A stretch of 32,349 bases of DNA from Octopus bimaculoides (taxonomy: Eukaryota), in the NCBI RefSeq assembly GCF_001194135.2, contig NC_068995.1, positions 47,138,819 to 47,171,167 on the forward strand, written 5' to 3'. Position numbers and translations under genes: made by a program. The notes below the pieces were generated by a model that saw only the letters and a program-made list of their open reading frames with translations, did no database searches and was not told the DNA's origin. The first letter of the stretch is position 1, and every line of letters starts with the position of its first letter. Positions 1-10,790 of this stretch are shown here, piece after piece.

Positions 1-90
1 GGAGGTAAAGATTTCCTTTTTATATTAATGTTGCTTCTGTTGCTACTAATTATGTTTTATGGAATAAAAGATGTAAAAACACACATAAAA

Positions 91-766
91 TAAACTGGCT
101 GTTCAAAATGTTTGTTCAGTTTTTTTTTTTTTAAGTTAAAATAAGTCAAAGGTTTTACACACAAAGTGATTTATTCAATCAATGATATAATTACCGTTTT
201 GTTTCCAATGTCTTCTGTCGTCTTGTGGGCAGATCCATTATTCCCTGCTCAGAGAATTTTCTGTCTTTTCCGGCAAAAAACTTTACCATGTGAATTTCTG
301 CAATTCTCCAGGGTTTAATATCTGCCCATTCAATTAATTTTGAAGGGACCAAAACAGGTGGAAATCTGAAGGTGTGAGGTCAGATGAAAATGGAGGGTGA
401 CCAGAGTCAGTTGGCTGACCAGAATAAGGACCAAAAAATTTCTTGATAATCACTTCTCACACACATGTCCCATAATAGTGTCCTTTCTGTATACATATCT
501 TCCTGCGGGTTTCCTCCACTTTCTTGCGTTTCCTTAAATAAAAATATATGAGGTGTTTATAATATTTCTTTGCTTTTCTATTTTCATAGTGATACCAAGC
601 ATATAAAACACAACCTATCTTGTCACAAAATCACATCGAACTGTGCTGAAGCATCAAGTATTTAATGAGTGTGCATGCACAAGGGACGTACTGAAGTTAG
701 CTACTTATAAGAGTGCTTGAAGTTTAGTATCAACATAAATCGAATGGACTTTTCGCTAACCTAATA
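91..766 (-). mobile_element. Internally deleted, degenerate mariner (DD34D) transposon
   Basis: Manual minus-strand translation gives an N-terminal remnant from ATG at 587 (..KHLIYFYLRKRKKVEETRRKIC..VYRKDTIMGHVCEK*, with frameshifts). This joins a C-terminal remnant HPPFSSDLTPSDFHLFWSLQN*LNG..FFAGKDRKFSEQGIMDLPTRRQK..QNGNYIID* ending at 175. Right TIR 735-764 (rc ttaggttagcgaaaagtccattcgattt) is followed by TA; left TIR at about 91-125 is degenerate. Confidence 0.85.
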
Positions 767-1095
767 TATAAAACATCCATAAAATAAATCACATATAAAA
801 TGTATACAAAATAAAACATGTAAAACATTTATAAATAAAACAGATATAAGACATATGTAGAATAAAACACACATAAGCAAATATATAAAATAAAACACAT
901 CAAATAATATAAAATAAAACACATGAAGCGTAAAAAAGAACATATAAAACAAAATTAAAAACATATGTAAAAATAAGACATTAGAAGCATTATAAAATAA
1001 CGCACACATATAAAACGTCTATAAAACATATATAAGACAAAACATCATGTAAAAACATCATATAAAACGTATAAAACAGAAAATAAAACCCATTT
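767..1095. repeat. A-rich low-complexity tract (ataaaac/ataaaataaaacacat variants)
   Basis: Directly visible degenerate repeat; explains ORF 761..1009. Confidence 0.85.
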
Positions 1096-1379
1096 AAGAT
1101 GATAATTGGTGTTTACTCATTGATTATTGGTTTGTTCTTTGATGTTTTTATCAATTCTGATTTGTTTGAAGTTGAGTAGTTGCTTTCTATAGTCTTTGAC
1201 AATTTCGGTGAGGGACGGGTGCTGTCCCTCCTTCTGCTTTAACTTTCTCTTTAAGTTCTTGACAAAAAGCTACAGTTTGTTGTTTGTCTGTCATTTGCTA
1301 CAGATTCTTTGGAGACCACAACCTGGGTTTCCGAGTATTTGGAAGGAACCAACGGTGGAGCACGAAGCCATCTTATTCA

Positions 1380-1456
1380 ATCCATCCACCCATTGATCCA
1401 TCCATCCACCCATTCCTCCATCCATCCATCCACTCGTCCATCCATCCATCCATCCA
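1380..1456. repeat. (CCAT)n microsatellite
   Basis: Directly visible. Confidence 0.95.
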
Positions 1457-1774
1457 TTTCCCTATTGGACCTCTGCAACTGTTGTGTTGCAACCCTATGC
1501 CTTCCTGACTTGAACAAGTTCCAAGCTTATTACGGCTTCAACTGACATTCAATGAAGACTGCAATATATTTTTCAAATGGTCCTCTCTACCTAAGATCTG
1601 AATATATTTTCTTTTGTTAACCCACATGACGGAATATGCGGTTTGGTTATTTCCTGCTCACCGCTTCTGTGGTATTGAGCAGAATATTTGCTATAACGGT
1701 ATTTCTGCCTCAGCAACTCAGTGCTGAATTTGTCTGAAATGTAATGGAAAACGGGCTAAAACAAAGTTTGATTT

Positions 1775-1877
1775 CTAGATGGTGTGTTTGTATATTTGTA
1801 GAATGATGTTGTAGAGTAAGTGTTTAAGATTAGATCTGTTCAGTTTAACACAAAACAGGTAGAATATTGCAGCCAGA
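1775..1877 (+). mobile_element. Fragment of the TTAA-type MITE family seen at 29553-29780
   Basis: 'agaatgatgttgtagagtaagtgtttaagattagatctgttcagtttaacacaaaacaggtagaatatt' aligns by eye with 29670-29745; ends where the element at 1878 begins. Confidence 0.6.
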
Positions 1878-2221
1878 CATCATCATCATCGTTGTTTAAC
1901 GTCCGCTTTCCATGCTAGCATGGGTTGGATGATTTGACTGAAGACTGGTGAACCAGATGGCTACACCAGGCTCCAATCTGATTTGGCAGAGTTTCTACAG
2001 CTGGATGCCCTTCCTAATGCCAACCACTCCGAGAGTGTAGTGGGTGCTTTTACATGCCACCGGCATGAAGGCCAGTCAGGAGATGCTGGCAATGGCCACA
2101 CTCAAAATGGTGTATTTTACGTGCCACCTGCACAGGAGCCAGTCCAGTGGCACTGGCAACGATCTCGCTCGAATGTCTTTACATGTGCCACTGGTACAAG
2201 TGCCAGGAAGGCGACGCTGGG
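1878..2221 (-). mobile_element. RTE-tailed retroposon (SINE or LINE 3' UTR), 3' part
   Basis: (CAT)n tail then gtttaacgtccgctttccatgctagcatgggttgg; reverse complement of 22330-22674 in this window. Confidence 0.85.
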
Positions 2222-2946
2222 CACAGGTGCCAATGATATCTATGTTGAACATTGCTTATTGAAATGGTAATAATGATCTGTTGGCCATTGAATTCTTTTG
2301 AAACACTTTGACATATTGGTCACTTCAGTATCACTTAAAAAAAATGAAGACCATTTGTATTTGTATAGCATAAGACTAAAAGCTACTTCTCCTTCAATGT
2401 AGGACCTTGTGTAGTAACATCATTCCAAAAAGCTTTTTCTGGAATTGTGATCATCGATACAGGCCAGTTCCACCCTCTTTATAACCCTAGTGGCTGTATT
2501 GAAGTTGTTGTTGGCGGTGGTTTAGGTGCTGTATAAATGGTCACCATAGTGGTGGTTACACTTATAGATGTAGTGGATGCTGTAAACTGGCCATTTGGAA
2601 ACCCAACAACTCAACTCCCAGGCCACTCAATCCCCAAACCTACCACTACAGAAAATAATGCAGTAATTTCCTAATGGTGTTTCTTTAAGGACTCCACCCA
2701 CCACCACTACCATTGTCATCATCACCATAATCATAATCATCATCACCATAATCAGTAACCTATTTATTCATCATGCCACCCTTCAACCACCCTCTTCAAT
2801 ATCCAGTGCAAATAAAAAAGAAACATCAATGATTAAATGAACACACTATTTTTATTGTTTAATTCTTGTATATTTGTGTCTGTCTGTTTGTCGCTTAATG
2901 TTTGTTCTCTGAGACTGTGCTAGCAATCCAATTTATTTAACTGGAG

Positions 2947-3303
2947 TTGATATCTCTCTCTATGTGTGTATGTATGTATATATGCATGTATGTGTGTTTG
3001 TGTGTATATATATGTATGTATATGTATGTATGTNNNNNNNNNNTATATATACACACACACACACACATACAAACACACATCAATGCTTATGTATACACAT
3101 ATCTTGTGTATATGTATGTATATGCATGCATTATTTGGGATTGTATTTTTGAAGCACTGAAGAAAATTAAAAATAAATTCTTTTACAAAGTTGCTTAAAT
3201 GCATCTCTCTCTCTCTCTCTCTCTCTCTCCGTCTTCATATATAAATAGATAAATAGATAGATAAATTGACAGATAGATAGATAGACGGATACATAGATAG
3301 ATA
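2947..3303. repeat. Compound microsatellites (TATG/CA/CT/AGAT) with a 10-N gap at 3034-3043
   Basis: Directly visible. Confidence 0.9.
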
Positions 3304-3329
3304 GTCAATTTTATTTTATCATCTCCCTT

Positions 3330-3530
3330 GCTTTCAACATCTTTTTTTCCAATCATATGCCATGTTGGACTGCTGAAATCTACACGTTTTTTTCCATTCT
3401 CTTTCTGTTTATTTTCTCTTATTCTTTTCTGTTGAAGAGCGTACGCTCAAAATGTAAAACACTTTTTCACTTTCCATGAGCATCAAACTAATACACTTTT
3501 CATACACCTGTCTTCATATTTTGTCTGTGT
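3330..3530 (+). mobile_element. Probable Penelope-like element terminal remnant with decayed hammerhead-like motif
   Basis: T-rich tract followed by TTGAAGAgcgtacgctcAAAATGTAA at 3432-3457; restoring two CpG decays gives ..ctcGAAACGT. Confidence 0.4.
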
Positions 3531-3533
3531 GTG

Positions 3534-3598
<65 letters not shown>
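3531..3598. repeat. (TA)n microsatellite
   Basis: Directly visible. Confidence 0.95.
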
Positions 3599-3600
<2 letters not shown>

Positions 3601-3660
3601 TGTCAAATCATCTCAACCATGCCAGCAAGGAAGGAGAAAGTTCAACGATAATGATAGTAA
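3599..3660 (+). mobile_element. RTE-type 3' tail fragment
   Basis: tgtcaaatcatctcaaccatgccagcaaggaagg..aacgataatgat resembles 22615-22674. Confidence 0.6.
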
Positions 3661-3684
3661 TGTATGTATGTATATATGTCTGCA

Positions 3685-3897
3685 TGTGTGTGTCTTTGTG
3701 TTAATTATACCACCAGCACCACCACCACTGCTCGATAACCGGTGTTGGTATGTTTATGTCCACTTGACTCAGCCATCTAGCACAAGTGACTGATACAATG
3801 AGTACCAGGCTTTAAAATAAATAAGTACTGGGGTCAATTTGTTTGATTAAAATTCTTCAAGATAATGCCCCAGCATGGCCACAGTCTAATGACTTAA
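3685..3897 (+). mobile_element. SINE family 1, 3' half, diverged
   Basis: Similar to the reverse complement of 5270-5470 (..agtactggggtcaatttg..cagcatggccacagtc..atgact). Confidence 0.7.
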
Positions 3898-4364
3898 ATG
3901 AATTTTATGTGGCACCAGCCCAAGTCCTTTTATTGCATGATAAAATTTAAAAATCAGAAGTCATTGAAAGAGGATTTACCAAAACAGCGAAGGAATCAAT
4001 CTTGGGAACAAAAAACTTACCACCACCATCCAACACCAAATAAAAATAGGTTTTAAGAAGCAGCATCACATTCCCCTATTAGCAAAAATATGTTCATTGT
4101 CACCTTGCCCTGTTCCTGCTTCCACTGTGAAATTGATATTGATCCAACATAGATAACTATTGAACTTTTCCAATTATAATTACATTCCTGTATAATCAGT
4201 TCAGGTAAGAAAAACTCTGAGACACTTCCTGGTAAAGAAAAAAAGAAGAAAACTTGATAATTTAATTATTAAGTAATTTTCCTTGTAAATCCTGCAATAA
4301 TTTTCTAATTGGAAATCTAATTAAACAGTGGCTTTTGTTGTTATTTGCGGTAATGCACTGGTAG

Positions 4365-4660
4365 TGTTAGTGTTGTTGGTGATGGTGATGTTGCTGATGG
4401 TGGTGGTGGTGTTGTTGTTGTGGTGTTGGTTGTGGTGGTGGTGAAAGTGTTGTGATGGTGGCGGTGAAGGTGGTACTATTGTTATTGTATTTGTGTTCTA
4501 TCTTTATTGTTAGCACTTCTACTCTTGTCATTGTAGTTTTGTGATCGTAGCTGTTGAATTTCAGTTCAGTTACTTTTGTTTTTATTGTTGTTGCTGTCAT
4601 TGTTTGCATCACTGGCATTATTACGGCTGTTACTGATGTTGTTACTAACAATGCACATTC
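4365..4660. repeat. Degenerate (GTT/GGT)n trinucleotide tract
   Basis: Directly visible. Confidence 0.8.
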
Positions 4661-5269
4661 ATGGTGAGGTATATGCAAAATTTGGCTTGGTTTAGAGACA
4701 AAAGCAAAAGACATGCATCTTTATCTAATATGGTATGGTCACTTAAAGAGAGGATCATGAACAACCCCCATATAAACTAGAGCATCATAGGTAAGGTCAG
4801 CAGATATAGGGTGATGATGCAGCAAGTATGGTTTCTGTATCATGGAAAAATTAAATATTATAACATCAATAATGAATATTTAAATAAAAAGGAGGAAAAC
4901 TTTTCTTGCATGCTCAAAAAACAATTCATACTTCAAAATTTCCAGCATGAGCCAACACCCACCCACACCACCACACCTCTAATTTTGGTAAGTTTTTGGA
5001 TAGTGATTATATGCATATTTTGCTTTATATGTATATTATACATTAAAAACATATACTCCCATGAACTTCTGTTTGATTTTTTAAGTAAGTAGATTTACAT
5101 GCATAGCACATATTCATATAATTCATGGGAAAAACGTGTCCCTGAATTTATGAATCTACAATTCCATGTACCAAGCATCAAAACTCAATGAAATCTCATA
5201 AATAATTACATGCACATAGTGAATCATGAATAACATGTTGCAGGCAGTTGTGTGAATCTCTCTCTCTAT

Positions 5270-5657
5270 ATATACTCTTTTACAGTCATTTGACTGTGGC
5301 CATGCTGGAGCACCGCCTTTAGTCGAGAAAATCAACCCCAGGACTTATTCTTTGTAAGCCTAGTACTTATTCTATTGGTCTCTTTTTGCCGAACTACTAA
5401 GTTACGGGGACGTAAACACACCAGCATCGGTTGTCAAGCGATGTTGGGGGGACAAACACAGACACACAAACACATATATATACATACATATATACGATGG
5501 GCTTCTTTCAGTTTCCATTTACCAAATCCACTTACAAGGCTTTGGTTGGCCCGAGGCTATAGTAGAAGACACTTGCTCAATGTGCCATACAGTGGGACTG
5601 AACCCGGAACCATGTGGTTGGTAAGCAAGCTACTTACCACACAGCCACTCCTGCGCC
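5270..5657 (-). mobile_element. Near full-length tRNA-derived SINE (family 1)
   Basis: Minus strand starts ggcgcaggagTGGCTGTGTGGT (A box, 5637-5648) and has GGTTCAGTCCC (B-box-like, about 5594-5604). A central gcaagtgtcttctactatagcc body, internal TA/CA microsatellite and short tandem tail follow. Several more copies occur in this window. Confidence 0.9.
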
Positions 5658-5999
5658 TCTATATACAGACACACACAAACATACATTTATACATGCATGT
5701 ATTCATATGTGTGTATATATATATATATATATATGTGTATATACACACATTTATAATACAGGCGTATACGAGTGTTCTTACATAAAATAACTAAGGAATT
5801 AGTTAATTAATTTGCTGAATGCAATTTCTTGCAAAAATTCAGGGCTAATGCAAGAGAGATAGCAATCAGTTCAGGTCACTTGCTATGCAAGTACATCTCC
5901 GTAAATATATATATATAATCAGAAAATGGAGGAAACCTCAGATTAACAAACACATCGATTGGAACAAATTATGTATCAAAATTAAAAGACAAAAACAGT

Positions 6000-6105
6000 T
6001 CCTGTGTCTGATTTGTTTGATTGAAAATCCTACAAGGTGTTGTTCCAGCATGGCCGCAGTGCAGTGAATGAAACAAGTAAAAAAATAAAAGGTAAAAGAC
6101 AAAGA
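6000..6105 (+). mobile_element. SINE family 1 3' tail fragment
   Basis: caaggtgttgttccagcatggccgcagt..tgaaacaagtaaaa..aaaag matches the family 1 tail. Confidence 0.7.
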
Positions 6106-6109
6106 TATG

Positions 6110-6395
6110 TAAGTGTGTTGGCATATGTGTGTGTTTGTGTTTATGTGTGTGTGTATTTGTGTGTATTTGTGTGTATTCCTGTGTGTTTGTGTTTGCGCGT
6201 GTGTTTATGTGTATTTGTGTGTGTGTTTGTGCTTGTGTGTTTGTTTTTGTGTGTGTATTTGTGTGTTTGTATTTGTTTTTGTGTGTGTTTGTGTGTTTAT
6301 GCTTGTGTATATTTGTGTGTGTGTGTCTGTTTGTATTTGTGTGTGAGTGCATGTGTTTGAGTTATTGTTGCAAATGTTGTTGTGAATGTTGTTAG
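6110..6395. repeat. Degenerate (GT)n/(GTT)n tract
   Basis: Directly visible. Confidence 0.9.
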
Positions 6396-6704
6396 TGTTA
6401 ATTAACATTTAGACCATTGGTCATTGACCGCATTAACATCGCAATTAACGTTACGGACATCATCGTTATTCTCATTGGCATTGATCAAACGGACACTCGA
6501 TGACAAATATTCCAACCTTAAACATCATTCTATCACTCTTTCTCTTTTCAGGTATTGTTTATCTTGGAATCTATTATCCGGTGTGTTCTCACTTATTATG
6601 CAACAAAATCAAACTAAAAACTTTAATCTGTCTTAATTTAATTAATTGACAGAATTTCTTTGAAACCCCCCCAAAAAAATTAGTTTTGTTCTTTTGATAA
6701 CTTC

Positions 6705-7059
6705 TCACCACCATCACCAGCACCACCACTACTACAACCACCACCACACTACCATTACAAACACTACGAACACTATCCCGACTACAACCACTATCATCAT
6801 TACCACCACTACGATCACTACTACCTCTAATATTACGACCATTACTACAACCACCACCACTACCACTACTATCACTACAACCACCACTACCAACACCACC
6901 ATCATTACCACCACTGCTATCAGTGCTGCCACCACAATCACAACCACCAACACAACTGCCACTGCTACTACAACCACCACCACCACCATCACCACTACCA
7001 CCACTACCAGAACCATGACCACCAGCACTACCCACTACCACAACCACCACCACCACCAC

Positions 7060-7102
<43 letters not shown>
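6705..7102. repeat. (ACC/ACT/ATC)n trinucleotide tract followed by (TA)n
   Basis: Directly visible; source of the poly-Thr/Val/Gly ORFs. Confidence 0.9.
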
Positions 7103-7105
<3 letters not shown>

Positions 7106-7195
7106 TACGATGGGCTTCTTTCAGTTTCCGTCTACCAAATCCACTCACAAGGCTTTGGTCAGCCTGAGGCTATAGAAGAATACACTTGCCCAAGG
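7103..7195 (-). mobile_element. SINE family 1 central fragment lacking the tRNA head
   Basis: atatacgatgggcttctttcagtttcc..acacttgcccaagg closely matches 5489-5580. Confidence 0.85.
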
Positions 7196-7478
7196 TTACA
7201 ATCCTGAAACCAAAGTAGAAATCAAATCCCCCACATGAAAGGAACAATATGTCAAGTTGTCAAATAAACCCAAGAGAAAAGCAATGAGGCAGATGCTCCA
7301 CTATCCGAGAAAGGGGTTCCATGAATGCTCTCATCAATGGAAGCGATGCCGATTGAAGTGTTTGGCTTCTGAAGGGGACTACTTTGAATTGAAGGAGATT
7401 AAATGCCAAATTGATATGTATTGTGGTAGTTTTCGTTTCTTTAGCGCCAGTTCCAATATTCTTTGATCAGACCTCCTA
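7194..7478 (+). mobile_element. Mariner 3' remnant with internal deletion
   Basis: GYNPETK (resembles YDPETK) is fused to a C-terminal remnant ending HQWKRCRLKCLASEGDYFE. Terminal ctttgatcagacctcc|TA is a mariner-type TIR end. Confidence 0.8.
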
Positions 7479-7589
7479 TGTGTGGTGTGGGCTTTTGTTT
7501 TCTCTAATGGGCAACAGAAGAAATGAAGCAGAAATTTAAAGCTGGCTCCATGAAAGAATGGAAGCCAAAAATCAAACACAGGCTACCAC

Positions 7590-8022
7590 TGTTGTTGAAC
7601 TTCTCCTCCTCCTCCGTCTTTGCCCCCACCTCCTCCTCCTCCGTCTCTGTCTCCTTCTCTTCTTTATCATCATCATCCTCAACATCAACATGCTCCCCAT
7701 CATTATCACCGCCACCATCACAATCACCACCACCACCAACAACAACAACATCACAATGCCTTTTATCATCATCTTCCATTATCATCATCACTACCACCAC
7801 CACCACCTCCACTACCACCACCATCATCACCATCACCACAACGATCACCACCACCACTAACACAATCCTAAGTACCCTCCCCTCATCTTGGCCACCACCA
7901 TCACCATTAACACCATCCCCATCTTCACCATTTATCATCATCATCACTGTCATCATCATGAACATCATTGACAACAATAACTCTAATGATGACTGCAACA
8001 ACAACAACAACAGCAATTATCA
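7590..8022. repeat. (CCT/CAT/CAC/AAC)n low-complexity tract
   Basis: Directly visible. Confidence 0.9.
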
Positions 8023-8084
8023 ACTGAATACCTCATTAATTAACAAACAGAACATGCTGCGATGTATATGAACATGAAAGTATA

Positions 8085-8260
8085 TATTTTGGAAAATTGC
8101 ATATTGCAAATAAAAAAAATAAAGGAAAATTACAAAAATTACAAAAATTTCCCCCCAAAAAATTTTTTAAATTGAAAAGTTTTCAAAAATAAAAAAAATT
8201 AAAAAATTGTAAAAATTACAGAAATTTCAAAAAAAAAAAAAAAAAAAAAAAAAAAATAAA
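8085..8260. repeat. A-rich tract (aaaaattac repeats and poly-A)
   Basis: Directly visible. Confidence 0.85.
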
Positions 8261-8846
8261 GAATCAGAAATCTACTTGTGATAGAATGTAAGCAAATTGG
8301 TGTGTCACAGAAAGAATTGACTGCAATTAGGGCATCAAAGAAAAGAGAAGTTAGTTATTAATTGTAACATTTACTTCTAGACATTTTAACTGTAGTCTGG
8401 GTGATAGTTGTTAATATGGTTGCTGTTGCTGTTGTAGTTGTTGTCGGGTGTGGTGTGTGGGTGGGTGGGTGTTGGGTTTTGGTTAGCTTTGATCCAGCAG
8501 TCCTTAGGTATGAAGGCAATTAGTTGAATGACAAAGTGTCGCCTGCAGAACCATCTTCCTAGTTGTGTTATGTTTTGTGTCTTTTCGTCTGACAAAGAAC
8601 CATATTGCACTCTGCATGCTGCGTATCGCATTTTGCATGTGTCGTGAAGAAATGGATAGTGAAGTGTGACAATAGACACATCTCTTTTACCCTGCCTCTC
8701 TCTCTCTCTCTCTCTTTTTCCACACACACACACATACGCATATATCTAAGTAGTGTTAAAAGTTTCTGTAGAATCTCAGAAATGAAAGGAGAATGCTTTA
8801 TATCATCAATAGAGTTGAATATATTATAATTAAGATAGTCGATATA

Positions 8847-9156
8847 CAGAGTGTCCCAAAAGTCACAGATGGATTTCAATTTTTAATAACTTGCTTAACA
8901 TTACAAATAAATGCATAAAACTTTGATACAATATAAAAAACATAATGGAAATTAATATGCACAAATCAAATTTTGCAACACTACTACAGCACATATGAAA
9001 AATGACAACGCTTAAATGGCAGCCATTGTCCAAAATTTGCACCATAACACCCTCAAGAGTTTCAGACCCCACTTCTTTGATTTCTCTATTCATGTTCTCC
9101 TTCAGTTGCACCAGGGCCTCCAGTTTGGTGATGTAAACCCTCTCTTTCAGGTATCC
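8847..9156 (-). mobile_element. Tc1/mariner superfamily (DD41D-type) 3' end with TIR
   Basis: Minus-strand GYLKERVYITKLEALVQLKENMNREIKEV..DNGCHLSVVIF; TA|cagagtgtcccaaaagtcac TIR starts at 8847. Confidence 0.8.
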
Positions 9157-9404
9157 ATGATTGAGACCTGTTTGTATGCCCAGCCATTCAAAGTAGACCT
9201 CACACATGGTTCCAGCAAGATGGAGCAACTGCTCATACCACAAGAGAAACAATGCAGTTGCTATGGCAGTGCTTTGAAGAGAAAATAATCTCCTGCCACG
9301 GCAATGTTAACTGACCTTCACATTCCCCAGACTTGACTAGCCTGGATTTTTTCTTGTGGGGATACTTAAAAGAGAGGATTTACGCCAAGAAACTGGAGAC
9401 CCCA
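9157..9404 (+). pseudogene. DD41D (rosa/Visitor-type) transposase catalytic-core fragment
   Basis: In-frame WFQQDGATAHTTRETMQLLWQCFEEKIISCHGNVN*PSHSPDLTSLDFFLWGYLKERIY; 41 residues between the QQD Asp and the LDF Asp (counted by hand), one internal stop. Confidence 0.85.
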
Positions 9405-9526
9405 TATATATAATATTGTTTAACATTTTTCTATTTTGATAGAATAAGTATTTTTATATATATTCATTTATTATTTATTGTTGGTTGATATATACATTCA
9501 TTTTATTATTATTATTGTTGTATTTT

Positions 9527-9636
9527 GACCTGAAGATTAGCTATATTTTTGAATAGAATTGATTTTGGATCGATTTAATTGATTTGATTATATTTTATTT
9601 TCTATTTGAAAATTTGGTTATGAAACACGTGTAGTT
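9527..9636 (+). ncRNA. Candidate type I hammerhead ribozyme (Penelope-like) in an AT-rich element remnant
   Basis: CTGAAGA 9530-9536; stem II 9537-9558/9600-9621 (16 WC + 4 GU of 22 positions); GAAA 9622-9625; palindromic ACACGTGT stem III; GUA site ending 9633; 3-bp stem I. Confidence 0.55.
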
Positions 9637-9782
9637 TTATTATTATTATCTTATGATTTTTACTTTGTATTTTATTATACTTCTTTATAGTGTATTTAAT
9701 TTTTAGTTTTTTCTATATGTGACTGTGGATTTTCATGGATGAGTTCATGAACTTTGGTTCTTTTCTCTAAATTATAAAGAGT

Positions 9783-9912
9783 CCGATAGAATAAGTGCTA
9801 GGATTACAAAGAATCAGTACTGGGGTCGTTTTTTTTAACTAAAGCATTTTAAGGCAGTGCTCCAGTATGGCCACAGTCAAATGACTGAAACAAGTAAAAG
9901 AATAAAGGAATA
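9783..9912 (+). mobile_element. SINE family 1 3' end
   Basis: ccgatagaataagtgctagg..ggccacagtcaaatgactgaaacaagtaaaagaataaag. Confidence 0.85.
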
Positions 9913-10254
9913 ACAGAATACACCCCCCCCCCACACACACGCACGCACATGCCCCAGATGCAGTGAATTGCTGATAACGATGGAGGATAATGATTGAGTG
10001 GATGATTAGAGTAACGATAATGATGATTAAGGTGAATGATGATGATGATGATAAAGATAATGATGAAGTAGATGATAATGTTGAAGCTGATGGTGCCAGG
10101 AGCAGTGGCGTTGATCTACATAACGACATTCTGTGCCATGAAAACATCATTTATTCATCATGGCAGACCACCAAAATGTCGCTCGCACTGTTACGAAACC
10201 AACGTAAGGTTTATAACAGTTTCAATTCATATATATATATACATATACACATTC

Positions 10255-10296
<42 letters not shown>

Positions 10297-10514
10297 ATAT
10301 ACACACACATATATATATGTATATATATAGACTTACAGCAGAGTGAATGCTGGGATAACCATCCGCATCCACCACCACCTCCACCACAACTGTGTTCACC
10401 ATCCTCTCTTCCACCTTTGATTACAAACCTACCTCTTCACCTGTTCACTGTCACTTCAAATTGATTGATTAGAAATGCTCTTAGTATTGTTGAAGTACCA
10501 GGTAAAAATTTGCA

Positions 10515-10790
10515 ATGACCATCATCACCACCACCATATTCATCATCATCATCATTACCACCACCACCGCCACCATCACTATTGTTGTCGTCGTCTCCAC
10601 CACCATCATCAACATCGTTATCATCGGCGTCATCATCATCGACATCATCACTATCATCTTCATTATCAATATCATCACCATCATCATCATCATTATTCCC
10701 CACCTCCCTCACAACCACCACCACCACCACCATCATTATCGTCTTCATTATCATTGTCAGCATGATTTTGTCATCATTATCGTTCTCACT
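10515..10790. repeat. (CAT/CAC)n tract
   Basis: Directly visible. Confidence 0.9.

Noticed and set aside
2484-2580. Minus-strand acceptor followed by STTSISVTTTMVTIYTAPKPPPTTTSIQPLGL* (mucin-like last exon)
   Set aside because: Composition matches the decayed ACC/ACA trinucleotide tracts common in this window; no upstream exons supported.
6540-6640. Strong plus-strand acceptor tctttctcttttcag|G with a hydrophobic frame; also a 42-nt candidate exon near 4947-4988
   Set aside because: No recognisable peptide and no consistent multi-exon chain.
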